From Antedon mediterranea (lineage: Eukaryota > Animalia > Echinodermata), in NCBI RefSeq assembly GCF_964355755.1, contig NC_092670.1, positions 16,478,795 to 16,542,794 of the forward strand: DNA of 64,000 bases, in the 5' to 3' direction. How positions within the stretch are numbered: the stretch's first letter is position 1; every line of letters starts with the position of its first letter. Positions 43,401 through 64,000 of the stretch are shown here, in pieces. Made by a program: the position numbers and the translations under genes. The notes under the pieces are model-generated. The model had not been told where the DNA came from. It saw nothing but the letters and a program-made list of their open reading frames with translations, and ran no database searches.

Positions 43401-45463
43401 CAAAATTAAGTAAAATAAAATATATAAAATACAAAATATATTCGACAAAATATTAAACTGCCGTAATAGTGTCTTTATTACCGACTGAAAATTAGACTAC
43501 TTGTAACATTAATGTTGTACATAAATATATTACAGCTTATTGTCAAAATGCATCTACTGAAATTGCTGCAGTAAAGTAATTTGATTACTGCAGTAATTTT
43601 TTTAATGCACTGTTATAACAGTAGTTTTAAAATCTTTCATATACACTTGCAGAGTAAAGCTGTGACCAACACAATCTCACCTAATATGGTCATATAGGAA
43701 CAAGAAGCAACTTATAGTTGTAAAACAATGAAAATCGTTTACTGCATTACATGAAATATCTGCAGAAAACGTGTTAACAGCGATTGATAGTGCTTAATTA
43801 TAAAAAGCAATGCTATATTATAAATGTATAAAACATTGTTTGTGGGCAGCAGACTAGTTATCAAGCACCATGTCTTAGTAGCTATGGCATTGTGGGATTA
43901 GTGCTTATTTTTATTACTATTCTCATGATGTATGTTCATTATTACCAAATACTAATGTTGAATTACCTGACTATTCTAATTTTAACCTATACTAGCTAGC
44001 ACACTATTCAAAATAAGCTTCATACACGTATGTACGTACACACACACACACACGCCCGACTAATACTCCCACACGTATGCAGGCACCATCCATGTATACC
44101 CTGTCATTCAAATTCTCACTCACACAAATTGTATACGTACACACAAACTACACATATTCTGCATGATCCAATCACCAATATACAGTATATATCTTGTTAA
44201 AACCTTTACATGTAGCTAGATAGAGAAAAGATATTATATATAAATTAACTAAGAATACATTAAATAAGGGGCAATTAGATACAATGTCTCTCTTTTAAAT
44301 CCGTAAACTATTGATACAAAATTTGAATTGCTTAGCAAAGAACGACGATATAGCTTATTATAAGCAAGTTCAGTAATATACATACAGTTCCTATTACCTT
44401 CCACGGCATATGTTTCAATATTTTTACATTGTGATGGTAACTTTGTACAAAACTATCTTGATATCCTTCTTAAAAAAATCTTCCAAAACAGTTGTAACAA
44501 TCAATAACTAATACATTACATGTAATAAACAACTTCCACTACTGTACCTCAAAATACTATACAATTAAATTCTATCAAATTATTTCTGTAAATATACACA
44601 CATCCTTGACTACAGAAGTATTGCGTGTCAAGATATAACACAGTTTTACGTTATGTAGACAGCAACCATTATAAAATCCAGAAACGCATATAACAGTGTT
44701 TTCCCTTTGCAAGCATTTGATTGGTGCTGACATAACTTCTTAAAGATAAGTCACTGTATGTGCTTGTATCATGTCATGAATTTAGATAACCCAATCAGAA
44801 TACTTTAGTTTATATAAATATAAATTATATATAAACACAGGTGGCCAAACAACATGCAAATGAGCATAGAAACTTAAGCAAATACAGTATACATATGCGG
44901 AATTGTTGATCAAATATGATCAAATGTGTACATTATGTGCAAGACGTTTACAGTATACATGATTATATTTATAGTTACAGATAAATGTTGGTGCATGATT
45001 TTCTCTATACAAATAATAACAGACATTCCTACATGGTAGACACAACCACATGTATGCAAATTACCTAGTTAAAAAGCAATAACTATGAAAATAAATAATA
45101 ATTCCAACAATATTAAGTAAGAAAACTTTAAATCATTTCAGTTTTCCTTCTTGGAATTTCCTCTTCATCTTTTCGAAAAACATTATCTCCTCTTGTAGAA
45201 AAATGTATACAGGAAGGCTTACATGTTAGTGATAGTAGTTGTAGTCTCAGAAGTTACAGAATTTAGGTGGTCATTTGGCCCTGTCAAATAGGTTTGCAAA
45301 CATCTTTCATTAACCTTGTTACCATTAAAATCAATGCAGCAACAATAGTTGCATAAAATAGTCTAACCAAACTGCTCTTTTGGTCACACGTTCACTGCAT
45401 CAATATCTAGTATTCAAATTTTTGCAGTATGAGAAGGTATTGATTGGTTGATAGTGCCCATGT

Positions 45464-64000
<18,537 letters not shown>

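Overview
AT-rich, intron-rich invertebrate genomic DNA. An echinoderm-like origin is inferred from the fibropellin-type gene and is not proven. Three protein-coding genes lie head-to-tail on the minus strand. (1) A very large secreted or cell-surface mosaic protein of fibropellin/Notch type: 67 exons in the window (signal peptide, EGF, CUB, 4x FN3, 59x EGF, CUB, 2x EGF), with all introns in phase 1; it continues past the window start. (2) An uncharacterised single-pass membrane protein of about 337 aa (signal peptide, one 6-Cys EB/EGF-like module, TM helix, unnamed helical cytoplasmic domain). (3) A SMURF-family HECT E3 ligase (C2, 3x WW, HECT) whose 5' end lies beyond the window. Introns are packed with transposon relics: at least 17 copies of one Harbinger-type MITE, several other MITE families, a solo LTR, LINE 3' ends and a tRNA-derived SINE. 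The most notable non-coding signals are three distinct minimal hammerhead-ribozyme motifs in Penelope-like relics, two ~30-bp hairpins with 7-bp target duplications that look like P-element excision footprints, and ongoing birth and death of EGF exons. All coordinates were read by eye; no database search was run.
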